Assembly: GCA_951406725.2 (NCBI GenBank)
Contig: OX597825.1
Coordinates: forward strand, 44,392,001 to 44,456,000
Length of the DNA: 64,000 nucleotides
Origin: Octopus vulgaris
Taxonomy: Eukaryota
Direction: 5' to 3'
Below the pieces are notes generated by a model. It worked only from the letters and a program-made list of their open reading frames with translations, was not told the origin of the DNA and ran no database searches. A program made the position numbers and the translations under genes. Each line of letters opens with the position of its first letter. The first letter of the stretch is position 1. This document shows positions 49,555-63,093 of the stretch, piece after piece.

Positions 49555-51055
49555 CATACACACACATATACAAGCATATGCATATACGTACCTACGTACA
49601 CATCCGTACAAACGTGTATATACGCCCACCACTACACGCACACACATGGACATACTCATATGCACATATATGCCTATGCTCGCACGTGCACTAATGTGTA
49701 TGCGTCTGCGCAGGTATATACTTCTACGCAAGGGTACGTATAACTCCCGAAATATACAGGTCTCCACACCTATGCGTCCGAAGATTCATTCCTGCACACA
49801 CGCAAAAGGAACCTACATATTCTAAGTGTCTGTCTCAGATAGGGTGGTGTGGCGGTTATAAACCATTGTAAATAAATTATAAGTGAATAATTAGCAAGTT
49901 AAAGAGGTGTACGGGTAAATCAGAAAAGAAAGAAAAAAGTAAAAAAGTAAAAGTAGAGATGCGGCAAAATTAGAGAAGGTACGGGTACGTGTGCAGAGGT
50001 GAGTATGTGTATAAGTATATATGTATTTAGTTATGTGCGAGTTTGGGTATCTGTGCGTAGCGGTATGTATGTATATGTGTATCCCTGTCGGTACTTTCAC
50101 ACGGATGTACTATGTACATATGTGTGCGTGTGTATGTATATGCATGCATGTATGTGTGTATATGTTGACATTTTTTATGAAAAAGCAGATAAACTATTTA
50201 GCCACACACCAGCTTGGAGCAGACAACTGATATTGACCATCCGCTTACTCCCCAGATAATTAAGTCTTAATTTATGACACCCACCAATACATCCCAAAGT
50301 TTCACTAACCGGCATATATTGTTCTCTGTACCTTACTTTATCTTTATGTCCACCTTTTTATTTCTTTACCCCTTTATATTTCTTTATCCCTTTATATTTT
50401 ATTTTTATTTTTTTATTGTTATTTTTCGTCTTTATTTTTTGGCTTCTTTATCTTTATTTATTTATATTTCCATGTTTTTTCACGTCTACACTGTCACAGT
50501 ATAGCTCTAGAAATTTAGACTAAACATACGACACTCTTTGTATATTTATATACTTATATACTTTTTTGATATTTTAAAACAATTTTACTCTTTTATTACA
50601 TTTTGCACCTACTACTTTCCCTCTTTGTGATCCCAAACTCATTAAAGATTCACCCCCTCCAACTCCTTCCCTCATTATCTCAACATCCAACCTCCTCATT
50701 CTATATCGAGTGAAAAACTGTATGGACGCTTTGTTTTGGTTTTGGTATCTCGCTCAGCTGTATACGACTATGAGGATTTGCATCTCCAACGAAACTCGTC
50801 TTTTTCCCAAACTTATAATGTAATACATGCCTTTGGTGTTGTATTTGTGAGCGGCTGAGGAAGGCTATTGACATACATATTACATCAATTATGCATTGAT
50901 ATAAACTGTCTAATAAAGCCAGAAACATATGTACCGCTAAATCCTTTGCATCCTGTTTTTCTTTTGATAGTTATACCCTATCACCTACACCACTAACTGG
51001 CATGTACAGGTGCTTCCAGTTATCAAGTATTCACCCTGAATTTTTTGTACCCAAC
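47669..51055. mobile_element. 3.4-kb non-coding fold-back element with ~975-bp arms and HHRs (47700-47788 minus, 50850-50938 plus)
   Basis: 47669-48641 is an inverted match to 49980-50969. HHR: agcgg-CTGAGGA-a-ggct...agcc-a-GAA-ACatatGT-A-ccgct. The extension 50970-51045 resembles the reverse complement of 45812-45880. Confidence 0.9.
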
Positions 51056-51149
51056 TTATATATATATACATACATCTATTTTATATATGCATATATAAAG
51101 ATGTATATATATAGATGTATCTTTACGTATGTATAGTTAGTGTATCCAA

Positions 51150-51350
51150 ACATGAAAACACCAAGAGAAAACACAACAACGCGAGGACGTGGAACAAATA
51201 TAATATTATTGGACGCTCAGCAAGGAAGGAAAGAAGAAGGGTTGTTTACGTTTCGAGCGGAGCTCTTCGTCAGAAACATAGGAAAAAGAAAGATCCAGAG
51301 AAGGGAAGATGGAGGAAAAAAATCGCCAACGGTACACACGCGGTCACACA
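51150..51350 (-). mobile_element. Short pLTR-like element with a minimal HHR (51243-51278)
   Basis: gttt-CTGACGA-a-gagc tcc gctc-GAA-ACGT-A-aac. Same family as 8075-8280. Confidence 0.75.
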
Positions 51351-51429
51351 TATATAGATGTATCTTAACATATATATATATATAGATAGATAGATAGATA
51401 GATGTATATGCATATTTTGATAATGGTGA

Positions 51430-51725
51430 GAAAGTTTTCGTCTATTTGGTGCCGGGTCTACCATTATGACAATAATAGTAACTATAGCAAATTCCTTGAC
51501 ATTACTATGGGATCATACTACTCCACCCAAGTTACAGACCTCGTTGAACTGTACCTACTCCATCAGATTCGAATACACTTCCCTAACATCAAGGGAGGTC
51601 TATATAAAGATGACACTTCGCTTGTCACGAAGGGCGTTAGTAGATCCTCTTTAGAATGATTAGAAAAGATCTACACGAATTTTTCTCTAACCTCAACCTA
51701 TATATTACTTCTGAAAATACCCACG
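51430..51725 (+). mobile_element. PLE RT fragment
   Basis: DITMGSYYSTQVTDLVELYLL...GGLYKDD matches DIPMGSNDSAEVTNLVGAYLL...GGLYRDD in the 941-aa ORF. Confidence 0.8.
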
Positions 51726-51879
51726 AAACTACTAAAATCGTTTGGTTTAGGTTTAAAAGTTCAAAGTGGACAAAACCTTTCATATCCCACCAGACGGATA
51801 ATAATACCTTACGTGGGTGAAGACCTTATTTAGCTTGGGGTATCTTTGCTTTTCTTTTCCCTACCCTTTGGCGCTTTAC

Positions 51880-52457
51880 AACTTTTTAGAGAACCCATTT
51901 CTCGTCACCACTATTCGGTCCAAAAAAAAAAAAGATTCATTCGTGAGACGTGACAGCATAGTAGAGTATACATTCACTCTCTGCGCGCGATTAGATTCGG
52001 AATGTTTGTGAGGAACCCATTGACCCAGTTTGCTGTCTTTTCCGATGGCATGCAATTGTCGATGAATGGTTGAATGACTAAATCCAAGCTTCTCTGCTAG
52101 TTCCTCAACAGTTACGATGGGATTTTGTTCCGCCAGGTTTTGCAGGACGTCCTCATTGAACTTTATAGATCTTCCAGGACGAGGCCCGTCTTCTAGGCTA
52201 TAGTTTCGAGCTCGAATTTCTGGAACCAACGTTGACACCAGCTTACGCTTTTTAATATTCACACACTTTCCGTCGTGTTGTTGCCTTTATTGCAAAATAT
52301 GTGTTCGTTTGTCACTTCTATTATAGCTTTGAACTGCACTCTTCAAAACTTGCACTAAGGTAAAATTACTATCTGTCTTTATAGCAAGTTGCTGCAGGTA
52401 TTTTATCCCGCCCCCCACCCCGTCTTTTAGTTCACGCAATTGAAAAAACCGCATTAA

Positions 52458-52518
<61 letters not shown>

Positions 52519-52632
52519 CAATAATTATGGATCAAATAAAATAATATATTTTGTTTTACCTATGATTCTTCGGGATTCTGAGCTCTTTACATTAAGTGGG
52601 TGGACATAGCTTCTTTGAATATGTATGTCAAA

Positions 52633-52677
<45 letters not shown>

Positions 52678-52862
52678 AAGACTGCGAAATAAATGATAAT
52701 CAGATGGGAGCAATGTCCAGTGAATATGGCGGGTTGGGCATAATTTCTCATTCAAACTGCTCCAGCCTTACAATGTTATCCTCGCTGTATGTGGCCGAGC
52801 ATTATCCTTTCGTCTTGAAACCAAAGATGCTCGTTTTTATTCTAGCGTTGACTTCGGCCGCT

Positions 52863-52865
<3 letters not shown>
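51880..52865 (-). mobile_element. mariner transposon fragments, rearranged and interrupted by microsatellites
   Basis: LEDGPRPGR, QWVPHKHSE and PSDYHLFRSLQ. Confidence 0.8.
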
Positions 52866-52927
<62 letters not shown>

Positions 52928-54839
52928 CATGCTAACATACATAAAACATTTTATATGATATATAAGAAATACGAAATTGGATTTTTCGTTAACATTGGCT
53001 GTGAGAACGTAGATCTTCGTTCAGCCAAAAGATTGATTCTTTGTTAACGTACACAATACTACTTATCTAAACAGTCACCATTGATATCTGGAGGTATGAA
53101 TAAAGAAACAGGACGGATAGGTTAAGAAGGAGGGAACAGATACCAAAAATCTTACAGAAAAGACATTCCAACCGCATTTGACCGCTACTGATAAACTGAA
53201 TATAATTCTTGAGCTGTTTGCATTAATCCTCACTTACTGTAAGATAACTGAGATATTAATCTGTGAATGTGTTTGGATAGCAGAGGTGTGACATGTCGGG
53301 AACTCTGCGATTGAAGGACTGACATGGGCGTATGGAAATCGATTGCAATGCATATCTTATGTTAACATGACGGGTTGACTTAAATAATGAAGTGGTGTGA
53401 AATGTCTACGAAAATACTGGAAGTAATGAGTGCTTGAGATAGAAATTATCAGAAGTGAATGGCCATACCAGATGAGGAGATTTGTTAGCTTCTCCTTTGA
53501 ATGATATATATAGAAGATACTAGTATGCCCAGTTTTGTGATTCAGTGAGTCACTTCGCGATCATAGATGTCTGATAGCCCACAATAAGCCCGTCAATCAT
53601 CAGCTGATAGCAGCGCAAAAGATATGGGACTTTTCAAAACTCAACAGTAGATTCTACTCAGGATAAATTTACAGAACCGATGACGGATGATATCTGAAAA
53701 TATTTACGTACTATTATATTTAAATCCAAATATTTACGTAATGTTATATTTAAATTCAAACACTACTGATGTCGATTTTGCTTCGGATTTTCTAGGAATT
53801 TATAATTTTGGAGTCGCTTTAACAATACTCTCTTTTCAGAACTGGTGCTCTTAAAATCTTTATTATAAATATTATTTATGTTGTCGATGAAACAATATTT
53901 GAAGAATAATTTGCTGCAGAACATAATTATCTTCGACTTTCAACGAATACTAATTTATTGCAAACATATCGATCTACTAAAAATCTACTTGTCAATATAT
54001 TAACCTTCAGAATAAGAGTTAAATAGACAGATATATACAAGGGAAAACACAACGTAAAAAGAAAACAAGCTAAGGAAAGAAAATTTAATACAGGATGGAA
54101 AACAAACAGAAAGGAAGAAACATAATTGACGACTTGCCAATATAAAGAACTAAAAATTCAAACGAATATCTACAAGTGTGTGTGTGTGTGGATAGAGGGA
54201 GGAAAAGAGAAAGATATCTAGTAAAAGAGAGTTAAATAAAATGAATTAGATACATATATACATGCACATGCACACACAAACATATACAGACAGTGCAAGA
54301 CACGCAGGCACACGTATACATACAAGTGCGTATGTGTGTACGTGCGTGCACACATGCGTATCTGTGTTGTGTGAGTCAGTGTGTATGTATTTTGAAATGT
54401 ATTTTACGTAATGCATTTTACAAGTAGTATAAAGTTTTAGCCAACCTTTACTTGTAAAATTGATTACTAATAACGCTCCATAACCTATTGACAAAAGCTG
54501 AGATATTATCAGACATATTTTCGATCTTTATCGGATTCCATAGATTCTTATAGCTATTTATATGTACTAAATATTATTACTACACTAAATTGCGTGTTTC
54601 CTACTTTAAAATGTAAACTTTTATAAGCGATTCAAATTTTTAGCCAAAGCTCTGTACTGCTTATCAAAATATATAATTTAATGCAGCATCAAGCACGCCC
54701 AGTTTAATATATCAACAAAGTAGTTGGTTATGTAGCTTGCAAAAGCTCCAATCAGGGCAAATTTATTTAGTGAAACCACGTTATTTAGTGTCTTTATATA
54801 GCAATGAGCTGTATCACCCCACAAGTAGATCTAGAAATA

Positions 54840-55275
54840 TGCAATGCAAGAGATCTTGATTAGACCTGTAATACGATCAAGCCAATCTCTCTTTTCTGTG
54901 CAGGAGAAAATAAAAATGAGATATTTGTTTATATCAGTCCACATATATTCAGTTACATATTTCAGTTACATATTTCACCTATGTGAGTCAAGTCGAAGTA
55001 AGCGATGAATTCAGCAGGTATTTCTTCATCGTTTATTAATTCTTCATAGGTTTCTTCGACATCTCCAACGGGTAGGAAGGCTAATGTTGAAAAACATCGA
55101 ATTTTAAGACAGAACTAAAAGTCTTTATTGTATTTGTCTTTGAGACCTAAACCTGTAGTTTTTCGAAATACTGATTGGCTCAAATGAAACAAACATGCCA
55201 CGATAGAGGAATTAGGGAATGATGAATTAAATATCCTTATGAACTGCAACTTCGAAATCTGCCATGGGATGAAGT
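54840..55275 (-). mobile_element. MULE (Mutator-like) transposase fragment
   Basis: Minus strand reads MADFEVAV...FPNSSIVACLFHLSQSVFRK...LAFLP, matching the DFE...FP...CxFH motif. Confidence 0.7.
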
Positions 55276-55455
55276 GCGAAAAATAATTCGTATATCTGCT
55301 TTGTTTTATTCGACAGTAATGCAGAGGCTCGTGGAAAACTGCTCCATTTTACTTGTATACATGAATGCTAAGCAGTTGAAACTACTGTTCTGGCACAGTT
55401 TAGAACGTTCCATCACATGCCCAAGAGAAACCCCACGCCCCTGGCCGAAAGCAGT

Positions 55456-56520
55456 TTAAATGTTCTCGTTGTGTGCTATGACAGCCATCAGCTTTTCATT
55501 GGCCCTTCGCACTAGCACGAAATTTCGCTGCTGCGCGGATGGTTGCTGCTGTTGTAGTGACATTTTTGTTCTTAATGTTTGTTGTGTTTTTGATTCTGTT
55601 GTGGTTGTTTGTGATGGCGTTGGTGATTGTGGTGCTTGTAGTGTTGGTGTTGTCATCAATGTGTCTGTGTTTCTGGGATTTCTCCCTTTTTTCGGTGCCT
55701 ATTTGTTTTGTTTTAGGTTTATTTTCTTTGCCTTCTGGGCTTCCCCTCATCAACATTTTGATGCGTGGAGGAGTCCGTATCTTGTATGTTTTCTTCTGGT
55801 GTTGTTTGTTCTGGTTCTCTTATATAGCTGTTGTTACCTTTCTGCTGTTGTTGTTCTTGTTGTCTTTGTCGATTTATGGGTTGTGGTGCTTTCGTTTGGA
55901 AGAGGGCAATTTCCTCAGTGCGACGCGTGGTCGCCGAGCTCTGTATTGCCTGCCTCTGCTGTACTGCCTCGATCTCACAATGTGGTAGATATCCTGCCAT
56001 ATGTCTTTCAAAGCTTTTTCCACATGGTCGCGTTTAGTGTTTTTGAGTTTCCTTATCTTCGTGTTCACGCACCTGTAGGCAACTCTCCCGTTTGGCTGTT
56101 GCTTCAAGCACGTCGCTTGGAGGCATCAATTCTGCCCTCCTTCCATTCATTTTCATATATTTTGCTGCCTTTGTTTAGTTTTTCTATTTTGTTCTCCAAT
56201 TAGATGTTAACCAATTCCTTAGCTGCCGTGATATATGCAAAAGTCTCTTTCCCGCCGCTAACTCCATTTTTGTTATTTTCTTCGCCGCAGTTGCTTTCAG
56301 TGTTGTTTTTCGTGCTACTACAATTTCCATGTAGTGCGGGAGACTTTATTCTTTCCTTCCTCTCACCTTCTTTCTGCTTTTCATCTTCTTTCTTTTTTTG
56401 TTGACTCTTCACTTTTCATCTTCCTTTTTCTTCCTGCTGTCTGCTACCAATTACGAGGAAGTCCTCGTGAAAATTGCCGTACCACAATCCTTTCTCACTC
56501 CCGCCATATTCAATGTTTAC
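55456..56520 (-). other. Decayed coding-like region, possibly a retroelement ORF1/gag
   Basis: Overlapping K/Q/T-rich minus-strand ORF pieces and strong strand skew. No diagnostic motif. Confidence 0.3.
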
Positions 56521-57124
56521 TTTCTTCGAAACAAATTTTCGAAGAAATTTGAAAACAAAAAGGTATGTATCACCCCCAGAATGGGGATTTGGTTAACAAA
56601 CGTCATACCCCCCGCCCCCGCCTCCACTCCGAAGGGTAGATGGCTTGCAAAACGATTTAAATAACAAAATGCAATATAGTACCTTTCAAACAAGTGAGTT
56701 AGTCATAAATTTACGCCACTCAAAACCATACCTCCAGCTATAGCGACAATAGTAATGATGATGATGATAATAATTCAAGCAATTTGCAATACACTTTAAA
56801 AAAAAAATTATTGTAATTTGCTTGCAACATTTCAACATGTGTACAAGACAAATGTTTGAAAAAAATGATAACGCTCTTTCACAGTTTCGATTCCAAACTT
56901 AGTTAACTCATGCTATGTACAATGTACACATTTTTAAGTACTTGTACTTTTATTTATATATTCGTTGATCAGTGCAAGTGAAAGTTTGTCTAAATCTGTT
57001 TGCAGTAACGATGCATTGATCGCAACTGACGATAGAACTTTCTCAGTATGACAATACTAAAATTATCTATGATAACATTCTAATTTTTATTGTTATTATT
57101 CTTTGGATTTTCTATCTTTTATTA

Positions 57125-57925
57125 TTTACTCGTTTCAGCATAAGACTGCGGCTGTGCTGGTGCACCGCCTTGAAGAATTTTTAGTCGAAAGAATAGACTC
57201 CAGTACTCAAAAGTAAAGCTTATTTGCCAACATAACGGTTGGGTTCGAAAATATAAGGATACAGACTGCTTCGTATAGCCAGCTGGAGATGATGTTTCCT
57301 GGGGCTAAATAACAGTAACATTCGTCCCAACCGGGACTGCCACATTATGTTGGCAAATAATCTTTACTTTAGGTTACTGTCACTGAATGTCTCTCGCTGA
57401 GAGATTTAGAAATAATAAGTTTTCTATTCATTAGATCAGTAACTGTGTGTCACTTTAAAAATTATATATATTTTCGAACGGAAATTTGGAAGCACCATCT
57501 CAGTAGAGCAGTTATTCTGTGCCAATGAAGAGAAATAACCCAGAAACTCCGGTCCACTGATATTGCTCTGTGCTGAGTGGGGGTGCTAAACTCCCCTGTT
57601 GGAAAAATATAAGGACACAGATTGTGTTTCATATAGCCAGCTGGAGATGATGCTTCCTGGGGCTAAATAATAGATATATCCGTCCCAACCGGGACTTCCA
57701 CATTATGTTGGCAAATAATCTCTATTTTAGAGTACTTTTACTGAATGTCTCTCGTTGAGAGATTTAGAAATAATAATTTTTCTACTTATTAGACCCCAGC
57801 ACTTATTCTTTTAAGCCTAGTACTTATTCTATCTGCCGCTTAACCGAACTACTACGTTACGGGGACGTAAACACACCAACACTGGTTGTCAAGCGATGGC
57901 AAGAGACAAACACAAACTCAAAGAC
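57125..57925 (-). mobile_element. 3' part of the SINE, interrupted at ~57208-57790
   Basis: Both sides match 10875-11065. Confidence 0.8.
57208..57790 (+). mobile_element. Retrozyme-like insertion (356-nt unit, ~1.5 copies) with a degenerate HHR
   Basis: 57251-57433 is repeated at 57607-57792. HHR-like gtg-CCAATGA-a...GAA-ACtccgGT-C-cac at 57519-57557 sits within a long stem (57491-57587). Confidence 0.6.
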
Positions 57926-58660
57926 ACACACACCACACATATCATTCAATTGTAGGATTCGTTAGAATTCACGTATTTCAGCGTGTAGGACGCCGGGAAC
58001 CGTCTGTGAGTGGGCAAATATGAAACAATATACATATACATACATCTTTACACATTCATACGTACATACATACAAATATTTATGTACGTACGTGAATACA
58101 AATATGTACACATACAGGTGCCCTATCTAATGTAAGTTGTTGATCCATTCTCGAGATTGTTCTAGGAATGGTGTTTGTATAAAATAAGAAAAGAAGCGAA
58201 GTCTAACAATTCACAACAGATGTTTCAGCAACAATATTTGCTGATGAATACTTCAATTAATAAATAATGATATAGGTATGTAGAGAATTTGAATTCACCT
58301 CCTTGCTAAGTGTTTAGCAAGACAAGTGAATTTGTTAAGAAAACAGTTGAATTTAAGGGGAAGTCAGTAACACTCTAAGAGCAGAGGTCTTAAATATCAT
58401 AGATCATGATCATAATTATTTATGGGTTTAGTGGGGACAAAAGTAAACATTTTATAATAATGAGAAGGAAACAGAGAAAGAGGAACTGAGAGGAAGCATA
58501 ATGTTAACAAACACATAACTAAAGTTTGTACTGACGTCATATGACTTGCGTCCATTTAAATACTTTTCTACAATTAGTACGTATATTGCCACACACACAC
58601 ATGCATATCAGTTTAACAACACATTAACTCATACACTCACATACACACAAAATATACATC

Positions 58661-58765
58661 TACGCGGTCTGATCCATAAGTATCCGGACTGTTGCTATAG
58701 TAAAGAAGCTAAAGTACAAAGAGTGAAGCCGCTTGGCACAGATTCACCTTGAACTCTCCATGTTC
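58661..58765 (+). mobile_element. mariner-like terminal fragment
   Basis: TA|CGCGGTCTGATCCATAAGTATCCGGACT resembles a mariner TIR. No partner end was seen. Confidence 0.35.
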
Positions 58766-58871
58766 GTAAAAGTACTTATATACATACATATATATCCATG
58801 CATACATACACGCACACAGATAATTATATGTACACATGTCTACAAATATACCTATATGTATATATGCGTAC

Positions 58872-58872
<1 letters not shown>

Positions 58873-58966
<94 letters not shown>

Positions 58967-58997
58967 TGTGTGTGTGTGTGTGCGTGCGTGTGTGTGT
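58873..58997. repeat. (TG)n microsatellite
   Basis: Direct reading of the sequence. Confidence 0.97.
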
Positions 58998-59327
58998 AAA
59001 AGAAAACAAGTGGAGTTTAATATATGCTTGTGAATTAACTATGTGACCGGCTATTACATTTTAGACAAATCAGTAACACATCCTGCTCTTAATAACCGAG
59101 GAATAAGAGTGCATTTTGTCGGATGGTGACGGTAATCTACGAAACAGTTATTTTTTCTGTTTACGTAAGAAAACAACAGAATGGATTCATATAATTTTCA
59201 ATCTCTACAGCTATTAAATGATTGCAGAATTTCCATTAATCATATTCTAGAGATTATAAAATTTGTATTTTGAAAGAGCTTTCTATATTTAGAAAATGTA
59301 GCAGCTATAACCATGTTCGGCAGGCAC

Positions 59328-59345
59328 CACTACTACTGCTGCAGT

Positions 59346-59408
<63 letters not shown>
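59328..59408. repeat. (CTA)n microsatellite
   Basis: Direct reading of the sequence. Confidence 0.97.
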
Positions 59409-60439
59409 ACGCTGGTGAAATTCATGAACGTTTCAAAGCCGCTAAACAGGAAAATTTCGATTAAATTTTATCAACAGCTTGCTATATTATTAACAAAATG
59501 TTATTGTAACTCCCACGAATGGCACGCTTAAGACGTCCTCTTACAAAAATCACTAATGATGAAGGATGTTATTGGTGATGTACAAAGGAATAAACCATAT
59601 TCAAACATTACAATTTTCAGGTCTGGTACTCTGTTAAAAGTTTCCTATCCATTTCAATCATCAGTAGCGAGTAGTTTTATTGAAATTTATGAAGGATAAA
59701 ATATTGTCATCTAGGTTATTTTATTGCATCATTACAAAAAATATCTATTCTACACCTAAATTTACTCCTCCGGTTATTATTTTATATCGATACCGTCTGT
59801 AGTGATACTTCTTTTTTTTAACACTGACGATTAAAGAACACATAAACAATAACGAAAAAGAACTTCTATAAGTTGCTTGCTTGTTTACCACAGCCCATGT
59901 TGATGACAGCGTGGATCCAAGACATATCCTCTGCCTCCAACACATCATTTCTCACGAGAGCAGACATCGCTGACAAGACCGATTTGAGATAGGCAGATTC
60001 TGTAGCACTCTGGATACAGAAAGTGACCGTGAACAACAGCCGCAGGGGTTGATAACGACGTCTTCTCTCTTCATGCAGTCTACTGCATTCAGTTTCAAAG
60101 AGCTCTACTCCAGCATGACACACAAACTTCATGGCTTCCAGTTAACAGCCAGCGCTTCCAACTAATTGGGAGGGACATCGAATAAAATGAAAGACCACTT
60201 GAGATAAACATGAAAATGATGTTTTGGACGTGAATGATGCCTACCTCCAGCCTCGTCTCGCTAAAGAGGACCATCTTTGGGAGCCGGTTACCCAGCATCC
60301 AAATCACAGGGCAAACTCAGTACGCAAGACGACAAAGGGTGCAGGTCACAATGCTGTAGATTCCAGTAACTATTCTAGGCTCGGTCTTCAAGTGAGTTCT
60401 CCAATCATCCTTCTCATACTCACCCCACTCAGCCCTTTG

Positions 60440-60650
60440 TTATTGATGATGCTACTCTATAGCATGTGGATTCATTCTGCTACCTCGAAAGCACGATCTC
60501 TAACACTTGACGAGGAGATAGTCCGTCGGATCAACTTGGCTGCTACATCTTTCGGGAGACTCAGATAGAGAACGAGTCTTTTGGAACAATAAACTTAGAG
60601 GAAGTATAAAAATCTCTGTTTCTCGAGCTGTCTGTGTATCCACTTCTGTA
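60440..60650 (+). mobile_element. RTE-clade LINE fragment
   Basis: LDEEIVRRINLAATSFGRLR followed by a frameshifted KISV..AVCVST segment. Confidence 0.7.
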
Positions 60651-61821
60651 AATACTTAGATACTTAATACCATATATTTTCGCTTTAAATAAAAGACTTA
60701 TAAATTTTAATAGATTTAAAGGATGTATCATTACTGAAAAATAAGCCGATGGAGAGAGTTTATCTTTATTCCCATGTTAGCACCCCAAGTTTTGACGCAA
60801 TTGAGTACGTGATTACTCCAAAAGATTTTGACAACTGAAACATAACTGCACTGGGAAAATATATGCCAATGCTGTAAATTTTATAAACTGCAAATATTTG
60901 GTAAGTCTGCGAATCTCAAGACCATTAAAAATTCATTAATTTTATCTTATACACGGTGCAAGGAACAATCAAGAATGTATCTGAAGCAATCAGATTGCTC
61001 AGGGACTAAATACTTTGCTTCATCAACCCAAGATTCATATAGAGGTTTAGTAGAAGGATTTTGTCTTCGTCAAATAATAGTACTTTTATAATGTTTGCTA
61101 CAAATGCAGCTGTTTTTGATCTTGAAGTATCTCATATCTTTTCATTGATCATATTTTGGTCTACAATTCCAGAAGTTATGAAGTAAAATTACTTCCTGAA
61201 TCTGCTTTGCTACTCGAGCATGTAGTTCACTGTCTCTAAATAAACGCATAAGAATGCTGATGTTAGTGATATAAGAAATTTTGCATGACCATTCAGATAT
61301 TCTTAGTATAATCTTAATTACAGTTCTGAACAGTTCTGAACAGAAAACTAATCTAGTTTTCGGTACGAGATATGCATTTGATCAGGAAGCTGTGAAAAGA
61401 CGATGACATGCTATGAAGTCATATATTTAGAATGACAATAAAACAGATGTTGAAAAGACTGGAATCGTAACCCACGTAGAAGAATTGCAAAATATTTATC
61501 GTTATTTAGCTTCATGAGCGAAGATGAATAAGAAGGGACTGAAACAGAAATATAGAAAGCAAATTTCAAACTTTTATTCATCATTTATTTCAAATGATGT
61601 TTTCAGTTATTGGTTAATGTATCGTCAAATTTTGTCGATTTTCATTTATTAGATCATATATGCGATGTAAATTAAACGAAATTGTAATATATGGTTTAAA
61701 ATAATTTTACTTTATATCAATTTATTTTGGAAAATACATCTTAGGCGTGAAATTTTTCTTGTGTTTAGTAACACTTCCTCGCAAATATTGAAAGCCTTAG
61801 ATGTATAGATGCTTTGATAAA

Positions 61822-61870
<49 letters not shown>

Positions 61871-62276
61871 TATATATGTGTATATCTATCTATGTATTTA
61901 CTATCTATGTACATATATATATATATATATATAACTCCAAGAAAGTTAGGGGTTGTAGGTCCAACCCACTAAGGGATAATATCTATCCAATATACTGTTG
62001 GTATAATACCCAATTATTAATACACAAGTGCTTTTTATTGCATTGCAATTAACTTACCTATTGTATTAAATAGGTGAAGGTAAAGAGATATTTTACCATT
62101 CATATTTTTTGATAATTACTTGTATCCTTATTTTATATGCATAGAATAATATGCTATATGTATGTATGTTATTATAATTATCAGTTTAATAAATAAATAA
62201 GTTAAACTTTTTAATGTCCTAAAGTTGATGAACCAACTATTGTGCTCCTCCATTTTCTTATTTGCACTATATATAT

Positions 62277-62456
62277 AGGGAGAGTTAACGAAAAAAACAA
62301 AAGACGAAGACAAGTGGTGTACAAAACAAACAGATGTATTAGTATAGCGCTCAGGAATAGAAAAAAGTATTTTACGTTTCGAGCCTACGCTCTTCTACAG
62401 AAAGGGACACAGAAAAATCAAGGAGGGAGAAAAATGTGTGTAGTGGCTAACGATCT

Positions 62457-62460
<4 letters not shown>
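62277..62460 (-). mobile_element. Short pLTR-like element with a variant HHR (~62370-62403)
   Basis: ttt-CTGTAGA-a-gagc gtag gctc-GAA-ACGT-A-aaa. Similar to 14899-15100. Confidence 0.6.
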
Positions 62461-62510
<50 letters not shown>

Positions 62511-62644
62511 CCTATGAGAATTAATACAGTTTAAGAAGTGTAAAGGTGTTTACTTTTTAAAATTATCTTTTAAAATATGTTATGAACTCTTTTTTGGAAG
62601 ACGTTTTCATCTAGTGTGTCAGCGCTTTCGTTTCCACACACACA

Positions 62645-62703
<59 letters not shown>

Positions 62704-62940
62704 CTCGTTAATGATGTACAAACAGTAACGATGCCAGAGAATTGAGAAATCTTCAACGATGAAATCAAGTCATATTGGGTAGTTAGCTACCTGAATTATC
62801 TGTTTAATGAATGAAATTTAAATCAGCATCTGCTATTCACAAAAAAAATTTAGTCCATTAACCTTTTCGATTACATATGTAAAGCTTTTATATTACTACT
62901 TTGCTGTAATAAGTATTCAATACCTACTTCCTAAAATTAC

Positions 62941-63093
62941 CAAGACTGAGTGATTTTGTCCCGTGTCTTGACAGCAGCATACATTCATGATTATCTCCGA
63001 TACAGGGGAAGAAAATAACAAACGACATCGACATGAATATGCCATCGATGACGACCAAGGTAGTGAGACCATGTCTGTGAGACCTAAATCTTC
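62941..63093 (-). CDS. Possible 153-bp host exon
   Basis: Bounded by tag| and |gtaatt, length is a multiple of 3, two frames are open and GC is raised. The polypyrimidine tract is weak and no protein was recognised. Confidence 0.2.

Noticed and set aside
48361-50259. Many overlapping ORFs
   Set aside because: Artefacts of alternating purine-pyrimidine low-complexity sequence.
55460-56203. 247-aa plus-strand ORF
   Set aside because: The Cys/Val/Phe bias is the antisense shadow of an A/C-rich minus-strand sequence, and no domain was recognised.
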